IMG/VR virus record: IMGVR_UViG_3300031576_000014
Span: 1 to 64,000 of that record
From: a virus
DNA: 64,000 bases
Reading direction: 5' to 3' (one strand)
Position numbers and translations under genes: made by a program. Below, piece by piece: positions 19,589 to 28,441 of this stretch; position 1 is the first letter of the stretch; the number at the start of each line of letters is the position of its first letter. A model generated the notes under the pieces. The model was not told the DNA's origin, ran no database searches, and saw nothing but the letters and a program-made list of their open reading frames with translations.

Positions 19589-19818
19589 GACTTCCTCCTG
19601 CGCTTGCGCGCCTTCATCTTCTCCGCCGCCTCCGCGCGCACGATGCGGTGGACGACCATCCCCATCACGGTGGCGAGCGGCAGCGAGTACCAGCGCCGCC
19701 TACGCTTGATGCGCGCGGAGAAGACCCCGCCGGCGCCGCGCTCAACCACGACCGTGCCGCCCTCCGGCGCGCCGATCGCGTAGAGCGGCACGTCAACCTT
19801 GAAGATCGCGCGGCTCAC
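19585..19818 (-). CDS. Small basic hypothetical protein
   Basis: GGAGG RBS, coupled. Confidence 0.6.
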   Translation of the reverse strand: MSRAIFKVDVPLYAIGAPEGGTVVVERGAGGVFSARIKRRRRWYSLPLATVMGMVVHRIVRAEAAEKMKARKRRRKS

Positions 19819-20033
19819 GCGACCTCCGTTTCTGCGTCGGAGATCGCGAGCAACAGAGAGCGCGCGTGCACGGGCGAAAGTTTGACGTTTGTCCCCGCTT
19901 CGATCGCCCTGAGCAGCACCATCGCTTCAGTTAGCTTGGCGCGCGCTTCGCGGTAACAAGGCTCGCACACTTCTTCGTCGCTGGTCGACGCATAGCTCCC
20001 GCACACACGGCACCGGTCAATCGCCTGACCCAT
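19815..20033 (-). CDS. Small Zn-finger hypothetical protein
   Basis: CRVC...CEPC; GGAGG RBS. Confidence 0.6.
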   Translation of the reverse strand: MGQAIDRCRVCGSYASTSDEEVCEPCYREARAKLTEAMVLLRAIEAGTNVKLSPVHARSLLLAISDAETEVA

Positions 20034-20232
20034 AGGTCACCTCCGGATCGAACGTCCACGCTTCGTCCAGCTTCTCCGCGTACTCCCGGACGACCTCCTG
20101 CGCGTGCGCTTCGCACATGGGTTGGATCCGCCGTCCGTCCGGCGACCGCAGCCATCCCTGGGCAGCGTGGTCGTCCGCCGCCCAGCGGCTGTCGACGTGA
20201 CCGTCGATGCAGTACGAGTAGAGGGCCATCAA
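20017..20232 (-). CDS. Hypothetical protein
   Basis: GGAGG RBS, coupled. Confidence 0.6.
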   Translation of the reverse strand: MMALYSYCIDGHVDSRWAADDHAAQGWLRSPDGRRIQPMCEAHAQEVVREYAEKLDEAWTFDPEVTYGSGD

Positions 20233-20645
20233 TCCCTCCAGTCGGCGTTGCGCTTCGCGGCCTCTGCCGCGTCGAAATCCCAGTTCCGCCAGGCGAAGTT
20301 GTAGATGCTCATGCGGTACACCTTCTCGTTGCTCGTGCCCTCGTGCTCGACGATGGTGATCGTCTTCGCCGTGATCTTCCGCACGATGCCCGTGTAGATC
20401 AGGTTGTACGAGCCGACCTCGGCGCGGTCGCCGATCCGGAACGTCTTCGTCACAATGTACGGCTCGGGGTTCGGCACGTTCCTGCCGCCCGCGTCCTTCA
20501 CGTAGCGGCCGCCAGCCTGGACAACGTGCGTCAGGGCGATCGATCCGCCCTCGACGATCTCGGCGGTCGTGTCTTTCAAAAGCTCGCCAGAACGGACGAC
20601 GCCGTACATCTTGCGGTCGCGGTCGCGGATCTCGGTGATCATCAT
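20229..20645 (-). CDS. Hypothetical protein, first gene after regulatory cassette A
   Basis: AAGGAG RBS. Confidence 0.75.
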   Translation of the reverse strand: MMITEIRDRDRKMYGVVRSGELLKDTTAEIVEGGSIALTHVVQAGGRYVKDAGGRNVPNPEPYIVTKTFRIGDRAEVGSYNLIYTGIVRKITAKTITIVEHEGTSNEKVYRMSIYNFAWRNWDFDAAEAAKRNADWRD

Positions 20646-20711
20646 CGGGGAGTCTCCTTCGAGGGCTTCGGGTGTCCGCAGGAGCAGGGCTCCTCCGGGC
20701 TGCTATCCCTT

Positions 20712-20869
20712 ATGCTAGTGCTATGCCAAGCATGACATAGCACCTAACCCCGCGTTTCCACGTCGACCGTCCAGGATTGCTATGACAAGTATGTCATAGC
20801 AATCCGCCCCTGCCGCGCTTTCTCCCTTCTTTTGCTATGACATTCGTGTCAAAGCTATGAACACTTTGC
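20712..20869 (-). promoter_or_regulatory. Regulatory cassette A: sigma54-like promoter plus three 24-bp palindromic boxes
   Basis: Minus-strand TTGGCATAGCACTAGCAT (20712-20729); boxes at 20719, 20778 (perfect 14-4-14 IR, 20774-20805) and 20833. Confidence 0.8.
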
Positions 20870-20874
20870 GGCCC

Positions 20875-20894
20875 ACGTAAACCGCGGTTTACGT
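20875..20894. repeat. 20-bp palindrome copy 5
   Basis: Abuts cassette A. Confidence 0.97.
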
Positions 20895-20899
20895 GGTGG

Positions 20900-22072
20900 T
20901 CACGCGGCTTCCTTGTCGAGCTTGCCGTCGAGGATCTCCCCCGCTACGCGCTGAAGCTCGAGCCGGCGATCCTCGTCCTCCGCCTGGCCGGCGAGCCAGG
21001 AGATCGCGTTGCTCGCGCGCCAGAGGCTCTTCTCCGGCGGGAGGTTGACGACGTCCTCGGAATCGAACGCCTTGCGCGCGTTCTCGACCTCCGTCTTCGT
21101 CAGCCGGCGGGCGAGCTTCCCCGCAACGCCCTTCCACTCGATCTTCCTCTCGTGCGCCATCGCGATCGTCGAGAGCAGGCTCTGCACCTTCTCCGGCGAG
21201 AGCGAGTGCCGGACGACGTCTCGGAGCGCGGAAACGCTCGTCTCCGTGTCGAGCCGGTAGGTCTTGTTCGAGAAGTCGACGTCCTCGGCGAGCCTGCCCC
21301 CGAGGTGGACCTGCGAGAGCACGTCCTCCATCGTCGCGCCGTTCAGGCACGTCAGCCGCAAGATGTACGCGCGCACGGAGTGCTTCGCCTTGCCGAAGTC
21401 CGAGTTGCCCCACTCGAGCCCGAGGCAGAGGACCTCTCCCGGGACCGGCTCGTAGACCTTCGGCATGAGCGCCTTGACCGCGACGCGGAGGTCGGAGACG
21501 CGCGACTCGTCCGCGACGGCCCCAAGCTCGTGGCAGCTCTCCGCGAAGGCGTGCAGGAGCGGCCGGGAGTCGAGCCGGCGGAACTTGTCCGAGAGGAAGC
21601 CGCGGACCTCGCTCACGTTCTCGACCTCCGTCTTGGCCGGCCCGACCACGCGCATGCGCGTCGAGGGGACGCTCCGCACGAGGAACCGGGAACCGGCAAC
21701 GTCCCCGTAGAGGTAGTGCTCGCGCATCGTGTGCGACGCCAGCTCCTGCTCCCACTGCGTCCCCGCCGCGGCGAGATTCGAGACGAAGGCGTACGGGACG
21801 CCCGCCCGCTCCGCCATCTGCGCGAACGCGTGCCTGTGCAGCGCGTGCTCGACCGTCCCGGGCCCGTCGAACGAGACGGTCATCTCCCCGTGCGAAGACT
21901 TGAACTTGACCGCGCGCCCGCGGACGATCATGTCGTTCGGAAGCTGGGACTCGACCCTGTCGAGCGCCGCCCTCAGGGACGCGGGCCCCGCCGCGATCCG
22001 CTTCTCCAGGACGCGGGCCTTCGCAGCGCCCGCCTCCATGCTCGTGCTCTCCTGAAACGTCTGCGTTGTCAT
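20900..22072 (-). CDS. DUF932-like protein
   Basis: VRGFLSDKFRRLD; GNSDFG...YILRLTCLNG. Confidence 0.75.
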   Translation of the reverse strand: MTTQTFQESTSMEAGAAKARVLEKRIAAGPASLRAALDRVESQLPNDMIVRGRAVKFKSSHGEMTVSFDGPGTVEHALHRHAFAQMAERAGVPYAFVSNLAAAGTQWEQELASHTMREHYLYGDVAGSRFLVRSVPSTRMRVVGPAKTEVENVSEVRGFLSDKFRRLDSRPLLHAFAESCHELGAVADESRVSDLRVAVKALMPKVYEPVPGEVLCLGLEWGNSDFGKAKHSVRAYILRLTCLNGATMEDVLSQVHLGGRLAEDVDFSNKTYRLDTETSVSALRDVVRHSLSPEKVQSLLSTIAMAHERKIEWKGVAGKLARRLTKTEVENARKAFDSEDVVNLPPEKSLWRASNAISWLAGQAEDEDRRLELQRVAGEILDGKLDKEAA

Positions 22073-22347
22073 CGTGTTTTCTCTTTCCGGCCCTTGGGGC
22101 CTTTCTTTTCTTCCGTCTTCGCCCGCCGCCCGCGCTTGCCGTCCCGGCCCAGCCCGTTCGCGACGCGCGGAACGTCCCGCAGCAGGTCGTCGTCGAGCCA
22201 GCGGAAGAGCGTGCGGTCGCTCACGCCGAGAGCGCGCGCCGCGTCCGGGATCCGTCCTCCCGCGCCCCGCATCGCGTCCGCGACCAGGCGCGCCCACATA
22301 GGCGGGTTCGCCACCTTCATCGCCCCGATCTTGGTCTGCGCTCCCAT
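22069..22347 (-). CDS. Fis-type HTH protein
   Basis: AMRGAGGRIPDAARALGVSDRTLFRWL. Confidence 0.75.
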   Translation of the reverse strand: MGAQTKIGAMKVANPPMWARLVADAMRGAGGRIPDAARALGVSDRTLFRWLDDDLLRDVPRVANGLGRDGKRGRRAKTEEKKGPKGRKEKTR

Positions 22348-22426
22348 GGTCAAACCTTGCCGCCCGCGTCCCGGACCGCGCTCCGAACGATCCCGACCTC
22401 GCGCTCCGCATCATCGAAGTAGCTCG

Positions 22427-23137
22427 TCATGGCTCCACCTTCTTCTTTCTGTCGTAGTAACGGACCTTCTCCTTCCAACGCTTCACGCCCGCCGCCGAGA
22501 GCTTCAAACCGTGCTCGAAATGCGCGAGCATCTTCCGCGCCCGCTCCTCTCGCTTGCCCGCCTGCGTCGCCGCGCACGCCGCGATCCGCTCCCGCCGCTC
22601 TTCGGGCGCGAGCTTCGCCGGCTCGGGCCGGACGTGTAGGGGGATCTCGATCCCTTCCGCCCACCCCGGAAGCTCCGCGCCAACCCGTGGCCAGTCGAGC
22701 AGCATGCCGCTCATCTGCCGGTGCCGGAGCCCGCGCCAGTGCCCGACCTCGTGCCGGACCAGGAGGGCCACCTGCGCCGGGTCGAGCTTGCTGTCAACGT
22801 GCTCCGGGTGCGGGAGGCGGAGAAGCATCGCGCAGCCGTGCTTCCCCGTGCGGCGCCCGTCGCCGCCGTGGCCCGCCCCGTATCTTGCCCAGCCCGAGTA
22901 GGTCGGCTTCGTCCCGCGGACGGAGCCGCGGCCGACGGTCATCACGCCGGCCGAATCGACGGAGTGGAAAACCTCCTTCCCCTTCTGGGAATAGACGAGC
23001 CGGCGGTCATGCTTGCGCGAGTAGACGATCCGGACGACGGCGCCCGCCGGCGGCTGAAAGTCATCGTGCACGAGGCACGCGCCGAGCACCCGCGAGATCG
23101 CCTCTGTGCTCCAGACGGTTTGGTTGTCGAACTTCAC
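22427..23137 (-). CDS. Putative zinc metallopeptidase-like protein
   Basis: RHEVGHWRGLRH (HExxHxxGxxH). Confidence 0.6.
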   Translation of the reverse strand: MKFDNQTVWSTEAISRVLGACLVHDDFQPPAGAVVRIVYSRKHDRRLVYSQKGKEVFHSVDSAGVMTVGRGSVRGTKPTYSGWARYGAGHGGDGRRTGKHGCAMLLRLPHPEHVDSKLDPAQVALLVRHEVGHWRGLRHRQMSGMLLDWPRVGAELPGWAEGIEIPLHVRPEPAKLAPEERRERIAACAATQAGKREERARKMLAHFEHGLKLSAAGVKRWKEKVRYYDRKKKVEP

Positions 23138-23638
23138 GACGACGTCTCCTCTCGATGTTGGCACTCGCCGAACGCCGCGTTGACGAACGCGCCCGTCGGC
23201 TTCTTCCCGAACCAGTCCCTCCAGTCGAAGTCGCCGAGCACGTTCTGGTCGACAAAGATCCAGACGTCCGACATGTGAAGGGAACGCGCCCACTCGACGC
23301 CTTGCTTGCGCTCGCGCATGCGCTCCCTGACAGTTAGTTCCCGCTTCACGATCTCCTCCATTCGCCGACGTGGACGCCGGCCTTCCTGAGCTTTCTCGCG
23401 CACGCGGAACCGACCGGGAAACAGCCCATGTCTCCCGCGTCGTGCTCGCCCTCGTGCTCGTGCTCCTCCTTCGTGGCCGCGTAACGGGCACCGCCGCCAA
23501 GGACCCGGACCGTGTACTCCCACGGATCCGTGACCGGCTTCCCGCAGCGCGCGCACGGCGTCTCCCGATCCCTGCACCGGCCTTCGTTCTCCCGGTACCG
23601 GGATCCGGAGAACGGTGTCTCCGCGTTCGCTGCGCGCG

Positions 23639-24067
23639 TCATGGTCCCGCCGGTCCGCGGCGGTAGCCGACGGAGCTGAAGACGTGCCCGCGCGGACGGG
23701 AGACGTCCGTGACCTTCGTCTCTGTCGCCGTGTAGTGGGCGATCGCCTCGACGATGTCCGCCGCCGTCACGCCCACGTCCGCGAGCTGCTCCGCCGTCAC
23801 GAACGCGTCGATCTCCTCTCGCCAATCCTTCGGCGCGACGAGGTTGAACGCTTTCTCCAGACGCGCAGCATTGGCGTGAGCGCGCACAGCTTCGAGCGTC
23901 CAAACCTTGTCCCCGCTCTCGACGCAGACGCGGTCGCCCGCGAGAAGAGCTTCCCGCTCCTCTTCGCTCAGCTGCACCGGCAGCGTCGCCATGGTGCACG
24001 TCCGGACGCGGCCGTCCTCGACCGTGCGCGCGGAAACCTTGACCTCGATGTCCGTCTTCGTCTGCAT
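23639..24067 (-). CDS. Hypothetical protein, first gene after cassette B (probably leaderless)
   Basis: ATG 13 nt after the -12 GC; no RBS. Confidence 0.65.
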   Translation of the reverse strand: MQTKTDIEVKVSARTVEDGRVRTCTMATLPVQLSEEEREALLAGDRVCVESGDKVWTLEAVRAHANAARLEKAFNLVAPKDWREEIDAFVTAEQLADVGVTAADIVEAIAHYTATETKVTDVSRPRGHVFSSVGYRRGPAGP

Positions 24068-24078
24068 GCCAGGGAGTA

Positions 24079-24260
24079 ATGCTAATGCTATGCCAACCAT
24101 GACGGAGCACGCAAGTGCCCGCGAACACGCGGCAGTCGTCTAGATGCTATGACATAGGTGTCATAGCTAAGTAGATTCTGCGGCCTTTTAGCTATGACAT
24201 TCGTGTCAAAGCTATGAACACTTTGCATGCTCTCCTGGAGGTGCGCACGATCTTGCCGCG
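24079..24260 (-). promoter_or_regulatory. Regulatory cassette B
   Basis: TTGGCATAGCATTAGCAT (24079-24096); boxes at 24086, 24145, 24190; distal 50 bp similar to cassette C. Confidence 0.8.
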
Positions 24261-24443
24261 CTGGCCAAGCCGCTTCTCTCGCCTGATGACGTGGACGACT
24301 AAGGACCTCCGCAAGGCGTGCGAGGTGGCCACACCGGGCCGTTCGTGGGCCTTCTGCCCGAAGGCCGAGATGGCCGGATTCCTCGCCGACCGCGACCCCG
24401 ACGTCGTCCGCTTGCGCACGATCTGCCGAGGGAGGAGCCGTGT

Positions 24444-25073
24444 CTAAGCCGCCGGAGGGCGCTCCGTGTCCGGCCGGTAACGGTCGACCCATGCGACGAC
24501 CTTCCAGAAGAGATCGTCGACGCTCTCCTCTGCGTCGAATTCCCGCGACCCGCCGCACGGCGCCATCGCGTTCGCTCGCACCCAGACGTAGCGCTCGGCC
24601 ACGCGCTCGACCAGCTCCGGCCGTTCGTAGATCTCCGGCTTCTTGTCCCGCTTCGCCATGCGCAGGACGAGCGTCGTCGGCGACGCTTTCAGGACCACGT
24701 AGACGGTCGGACTGACGACCGGCGCGTTGATGCGCAGAAGCCACTGCGTGTGCGCCGCCGCCTTTCTCTTGTCTTCGAGGTGGAGCGCGCCGTAGACGAG
24801 AGCGCTCATCGTCCAGCGGTCCGCGACCAGGCACCTGCCCGCGTTCTTCATCTCCCAGATCCCCGCGTCGCGCGCGAGCCTGTCCGCCGTGTACGCGCAT
24901 TGCATTTCGACCGGGTCTAGCGGCTCTTCGCCGGAGAGCCCGCGCCTGACCAGCCTGCCGATCGGCGACGCGCTGCACCCCGGCACCAGCTCTCCGCCGT
25001 AATGCTCGAGCAGCCGCTCGACCTGGGTACTTTTTCCAGAACCATCCGGTCCCTCTACAGCGATGAAAGTCAT
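24444..25073 (-). CDS. tmk: Thymidylate (dTMP) kinase
   Basis: FIAVEGPDGSGKST P-loop; ADRW motif. Confidence 0.9.
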   Translation of the reverse strand: MTFIAVEGPDGSGKSTQVERLLEHYGGELVPGCSASPIGRLVRRGLSGEEPLDPVEMQCAYTADRLARDAGIWEMKNAGRCLVADRWTMSALVYGALHLEDKRKAAAHTQWLLRINAPVVSPTVYVVLKASPTTLVLRMAKRDKKPEIYERPELVERVAERYVWVRANAMAPCGGSREFDAEESVDDLFWKVVAWVDRYRPDTERPPAA

Positions 25074-25329
25074 TCTGCGCGTCTCCTTCGAACGATCACT
25101 TCTTTGAGCGGGTTGTCCTTGTGAAGATGCACCCGGGCGAACGTCAGCACGTGCTGCCGCACGGCGCCCGTCCCGCATGTCGTCTTGAACTCCGTGCCGC
25201 AGACGGTGCAGCGCGCGCGCACGATCCTCGGAAGGAGCACCCCGTCCTCGACCTCGACGGGCGAGAATCGCCCGAACACGTGCGGACACCATCTCGGGGA
25301 GTACGTCTCCCAGGCTGCGTCCGGCTCGC

Positions 25330-25680
25330 TCATCCGGGCAGCGCCTTCAGAAGCCGCGCGCGCGAGCGCGCCAGCCATCCCTTCCAGACGATGCGGAACC
25401 GGCGCGCGTGCGCCTTCTTCCCCGTCACCTCCTCCGCGCTCCAGCCCTCCCTCCGCCGCAGGAAGTCGACGGCGAGCGCGAACCAGAACGGAAGCTCCTT
25501 GACCGTGTACGGCACAACCACGTCGAACGCCCCGCGACGATGCAGGAGCCGCTTGTGCTTCCTGACCAGCCAGGCCGCGCACGCCGGCCCGTGGCGCTCG
25601 ACCACCGCGTCGCGCGCAACGTTCTCCGCCGGCTCCGGCGCGGCCAGCGCGAGCAGCTTGTCGCGGTGCGCAGCGCGCAT
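25330..25680 (-). CDS. Hypothetical protein
   Basis: Coupled ORF. Confidence 0.5.
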   Translation of the reverse strand: MRAAHRDKLLALAAPEPAENVARDAVVERHGPACAAWLVRKHKRLLHRRGAFDVVVPYTVKELPFWFALAVDFLRRREGWSAEEVTGKKAHARRFRIVWKGWLARSRARLLKALPG

Positions 25681-26233
25681 CAGATCCTCTCGAACACTGC
25701 CCGGGCGCGCAACTCATCCTGGAGTCTGTTTTTCAAGACCACCTCGACCAGCGGCCCCTGGTCCCGGATACTCCGAAGCCGGACACGTCGAAGAAGGGCA
25801 GTGAACGGCAGCTTGGCCGCCCCTGCGAACAACAAACGGTGAAGGTTGCCGTCGCCGAGAACGCCGAGAACGATGCGCACCTCTACGTCCTCGTCCCGTT
25901 CGAGCGCGCCCATGCGCGCGTCCGCTTCGCCCCCTTCGCCCCCTTCGCCTTCCTCTTGAACATCTCCACCTGCGCGAGGCGCTTCTCCGCCTGCTCCCTG
26001 GTCAGGTCGTCCGCCGAGAGGTTTTTCCCGGCCTCGCTCCGCACCTGGTGGCCGCGCTTCGTCTTGACGATCACGCTTCCCAGCGTAGCGCCTCAGCTCC
26101 GCGCGCAGAAGGTCGCACTCGCGATCCTTGTCCGCGAGCATCGCGCCGTAGAGCGCGATGAGGTGGAAGACCGCGTTGTGCACGGCCGGCGCCTTCAGGT
26201 TCGGCCCGAGCGCCGCCGCGACCTGCTCGGGCG

Positions 26234-26845
26234 TCAGCACGCGCTCTCCGCCTCGATCGCCGCCCGGTTCGCCTGGAGGACCGCGAGGACGAGCAGCGCG
26301 GCCGTGCGCGGCGCCACCTCCGCCTGACGGCCCGTCTCGAGGAGGGCTGCCACGACCTTGGCGATCTTCTCGACCGCGAGCTTCGCCAGCCAGACCTCCT
26401 TCGCCTCCATCTCGACGAAGACCGCGGGCGAGCGCGCGTCGAGAGCGTGGCCCGTCGCGAGAAGAAGCACCGGCCCGGGGACGGCCACGCCGTTCACGGT
26501 CGAGACCCACTGCTCCTCGACCCCGTCGAAGAACTTCTCGACCGGCCCCATCGCCATCGTCGGCGCGTGGAACACCCAAGCCTTGCGCTTCTCCAGGTCG
26601 CGGCCCCATACGATCGGGTCCGGAGCCGGAGCGTCGGGCAGACCGTCGTTGTCCTCGTCCTTCAGAAGCCTCTCCGTCGCCTCGATCGACGGCGTTGGTG
26701 CTGGGACGCTCGGGTCAGCGGGGACGCAGCCTTCGTGGATGCATCCTGGCCCGCACGCGCAACCCTCGACGGTGCACGCCATCACGCCTCCCCGCCGCTC
26801 GTGCAGGAGGCTGCTGTGGCCGCAAACGCACGCGGCGCTGCTCAT
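26234..26845 (-). CDS. Hypothetical protein, Cys-rich N-terminus
   Basis: CVCGH...C...CAC; ATGA overlap. Confidence 0.6.
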   Translation of the reverse strand: MSSAACVCGHSSLLHERRGGVMACTVEGCACGPGCIHEGCVPADPSVPAPTPSIEATERLLKDEDNDGLPDAPAPDPIVWGRDLEKRKAWVFHAPTMAMGPVEKFFDGVEEQWVSTVNGVAVPGPVLLLATGHALDARSPAVFVEMEAKEVWLAKLAVEKIAKVVAALLETGRQAEVAPRTAALLVLAVLQANRAAIEAESAC

Positions 26846-27258
26846 GCCCTTCTCCTCGCGATCCTGTTGATGAACGCCATGTGATCCTCCGCGTCCCTTG
26901 CCGCGTCGCGCACGCCCTCGACCGGGACGTCGACCTCGCCCGAGAGCATGATCCCGGGCTGCCACTTCCAGTCCGGATCGAGGTGGTTCGCGACCACGTC
27001 CGGCGGAACCTTGCCGGCGAAGAAGTCCGCCGTCCGCTCGACGTGCTCGTAGCCCCTCTGGTAGCCCGCCTGGTAGCAGATCCTCCCGTGCTCCTGCGAG
27101 AGCCTCACCCAGTCCGCGCGCGTCGCCTTCGGGTACGCGTTCGCGAAGGCGACCACGACCTCCGAGAGCCTCTTCGGGAGCTGCGGACCCTCCTCGAACG
27201 TGCCGAAGAGCTTCTCTTTGACCCTGCGCAGCCACCTGACGACGGGCGTCTCGCTCAT
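26842..27258 (-). CDS. Hypothetical protein
   Basis: ATGA overlap with the UDG-like gene. Confidence 0.65.
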   Translation of the reverse strand: MSETPVVRWLRRVKEKLFGTFEEGPQLPKRLSEVVVAFANAYPKATRADWVRLSQEHGRICYQAGYQRGYEHVERTADFFAGKVPPDVVANHLDPDWKWQPGIMLSGEVDVPVEGVRDAARDAEDHMAFINRIARRRA

Positions 27259-27731
27259 GCGAAGACTTCCCTGAGGAACTTCTCCGCGCGCGCCCGGTTG
27301 CCGACGTCGTTCCACCAGCGGTTGACGCCCGACGGATGCGGGACGACCACCGCGTCCACCCAGCGCCCGCCTTTCCAAATCACGAACCACCGGAAGTACT
27401 CGGCTCTCCTGGGCGGGCACGCACCCACGCTGAACGTCGCCCCGTCCATGAACGCGCGGTAGACGTTCTTCCCAAGAAGGACGACCACCCTGGCCTTCCC
27501 GAACCGCATCAGGCGCGCCGCCCTGGAAGCGTCTCCCCTCGGAAAGCAGTCGCCCTTGCCGTTCTTGCCGTGATAGCGGCCGAGGAGGTTCACGCACCGC
27601 GCGCTGCCGCGCAGATCCCCGACGCCGGCGATCTGCTCGAGCCTCCGCCCGGAGCGTCCGTCGAGGACCCTGCGCCTCCCCGCCCTCCGCGAGGGAGCCT
27701 GCCCGACTACGAGGATCTTCGGGCGATCCAT
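27255..27731 (-). CDS. Uracil-DNA glycosylase superfamily protein
   Basis: ILVVGQAPS, GRSGRRL, VVLLGK, PHPSGVNRWWN. Confidence 0.8.
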   Translation of the reverse strand: MDRPKILVVGQAPSRRAGRRRVLDGRSGRRLEQIAGVGDLRGSARCVNLLGRYHGKNGKGDCFPRGDASRAARLMRFGKARVVVLLGKNVYRAFMDGATFSVGACPPRRAEYFRWFVIWKGGRWVDAVVVPHPSGVNRWWNDVGNRARAEKFLREVFA

Positions 27732-28441
27732 GCGGCGAAGCCCAGGCTCCTCCAGAAGCAGTCGACGTCGTCGAAGCCGCTCGCGCGCAGCATCTCCTCG
27801 TTCCAGCGCGCCGTCAGGGGCACCAGCACGCCCTCGAGCGAGAGCTTCTTCCTCGCGATCTGGTCGTCCGTGTACCCCGCGACGCGCTTCCTGTCCTCGT
27901 GCGCGGCCACGAGCAGCGCATCGATCGCCGCGCTCGCCCCGATGACCTTCTCGACGAGGATCAACGCTCCTCCGCCCTCCGTATGCTCCCAGACGTCGCG
28001 CAGGATCCGCAGGCGATGCTCGAGCGGCGTGAACTGGAGCGTGAGCACGCACATCGTCAGCGCGGCGGAGGATCGGATCGGGTAGCCCGCCCGCACGAGA
28101 TCGTGCCGGAATATCTGCACATGCTGCTCCTTCGCGAAGCGGGAGCACGCTGCCTCGATCATCGGCTCCGAGACGTCGACGCCGTAGAACTCGTCCCAGC
28201 CGGCGGACGCGGCCACCAGATCAGCGATGGCGTCCCCGCGCGAGCAGCCGAGGTCGACCACCTTGTGCACGACCCTGACCTTGTGGCGCAGCCCGAGCAC
28301 GTGGGAGGCGACCTCGTGCACGAGCTTCCTCATCAGCGCGTAGTCCGGGATCGAGCGCTCGAGCATGTCCGGGAAGGAGTCGGCCACGCTCTGGTCGAAC
28401 TTCCAGCGCCCCTCCGGCATCGTCTCGTCCTTGACCGTCAT
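27707..28441 (-). CDS. cmoA: CmoA-like carboxy-S-adenosylmethionine synthase
   Basis: WKFDQSVADSFPDMLERSIPDY, VDLGCSRG, LTLQF, LILVEK, KKLSLEGVL, GF..VDCFWRSLGF match CmoA along its length. Confidence 0.85.
   Translation of the reverse strand: MTVKDETMPEGRWKFDQSVADSFPDMLERSIPDYALMRKLVHEVASHVLGLRHKVRVVHKVVDLGCSRGDAIADLVAASAGWDEFYGVDVSEPMIEAACSRFAKEQHVQIFRHDLVRAGYPIRSSAALTMCVLTLQFTPLEHRLRILRDVWEHTEGGGALILVEKVIGASAAIDALLVAAHEDRKRVAGYTDDQIARKKLSLEGVLVPLTARWNEEMLRASGFDDVDCFWRSLGFAAWIARRSS

Noticed and set aside
20719-20860. Box triplets as mini-CRISPR arrays
   Set aside because: Spacing of 45-59 bp is superficially similar, but the boxes are degenerate in a position-specific way, overlap a promoter motif and keep helical phase. 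This fits operators or enhancers better.
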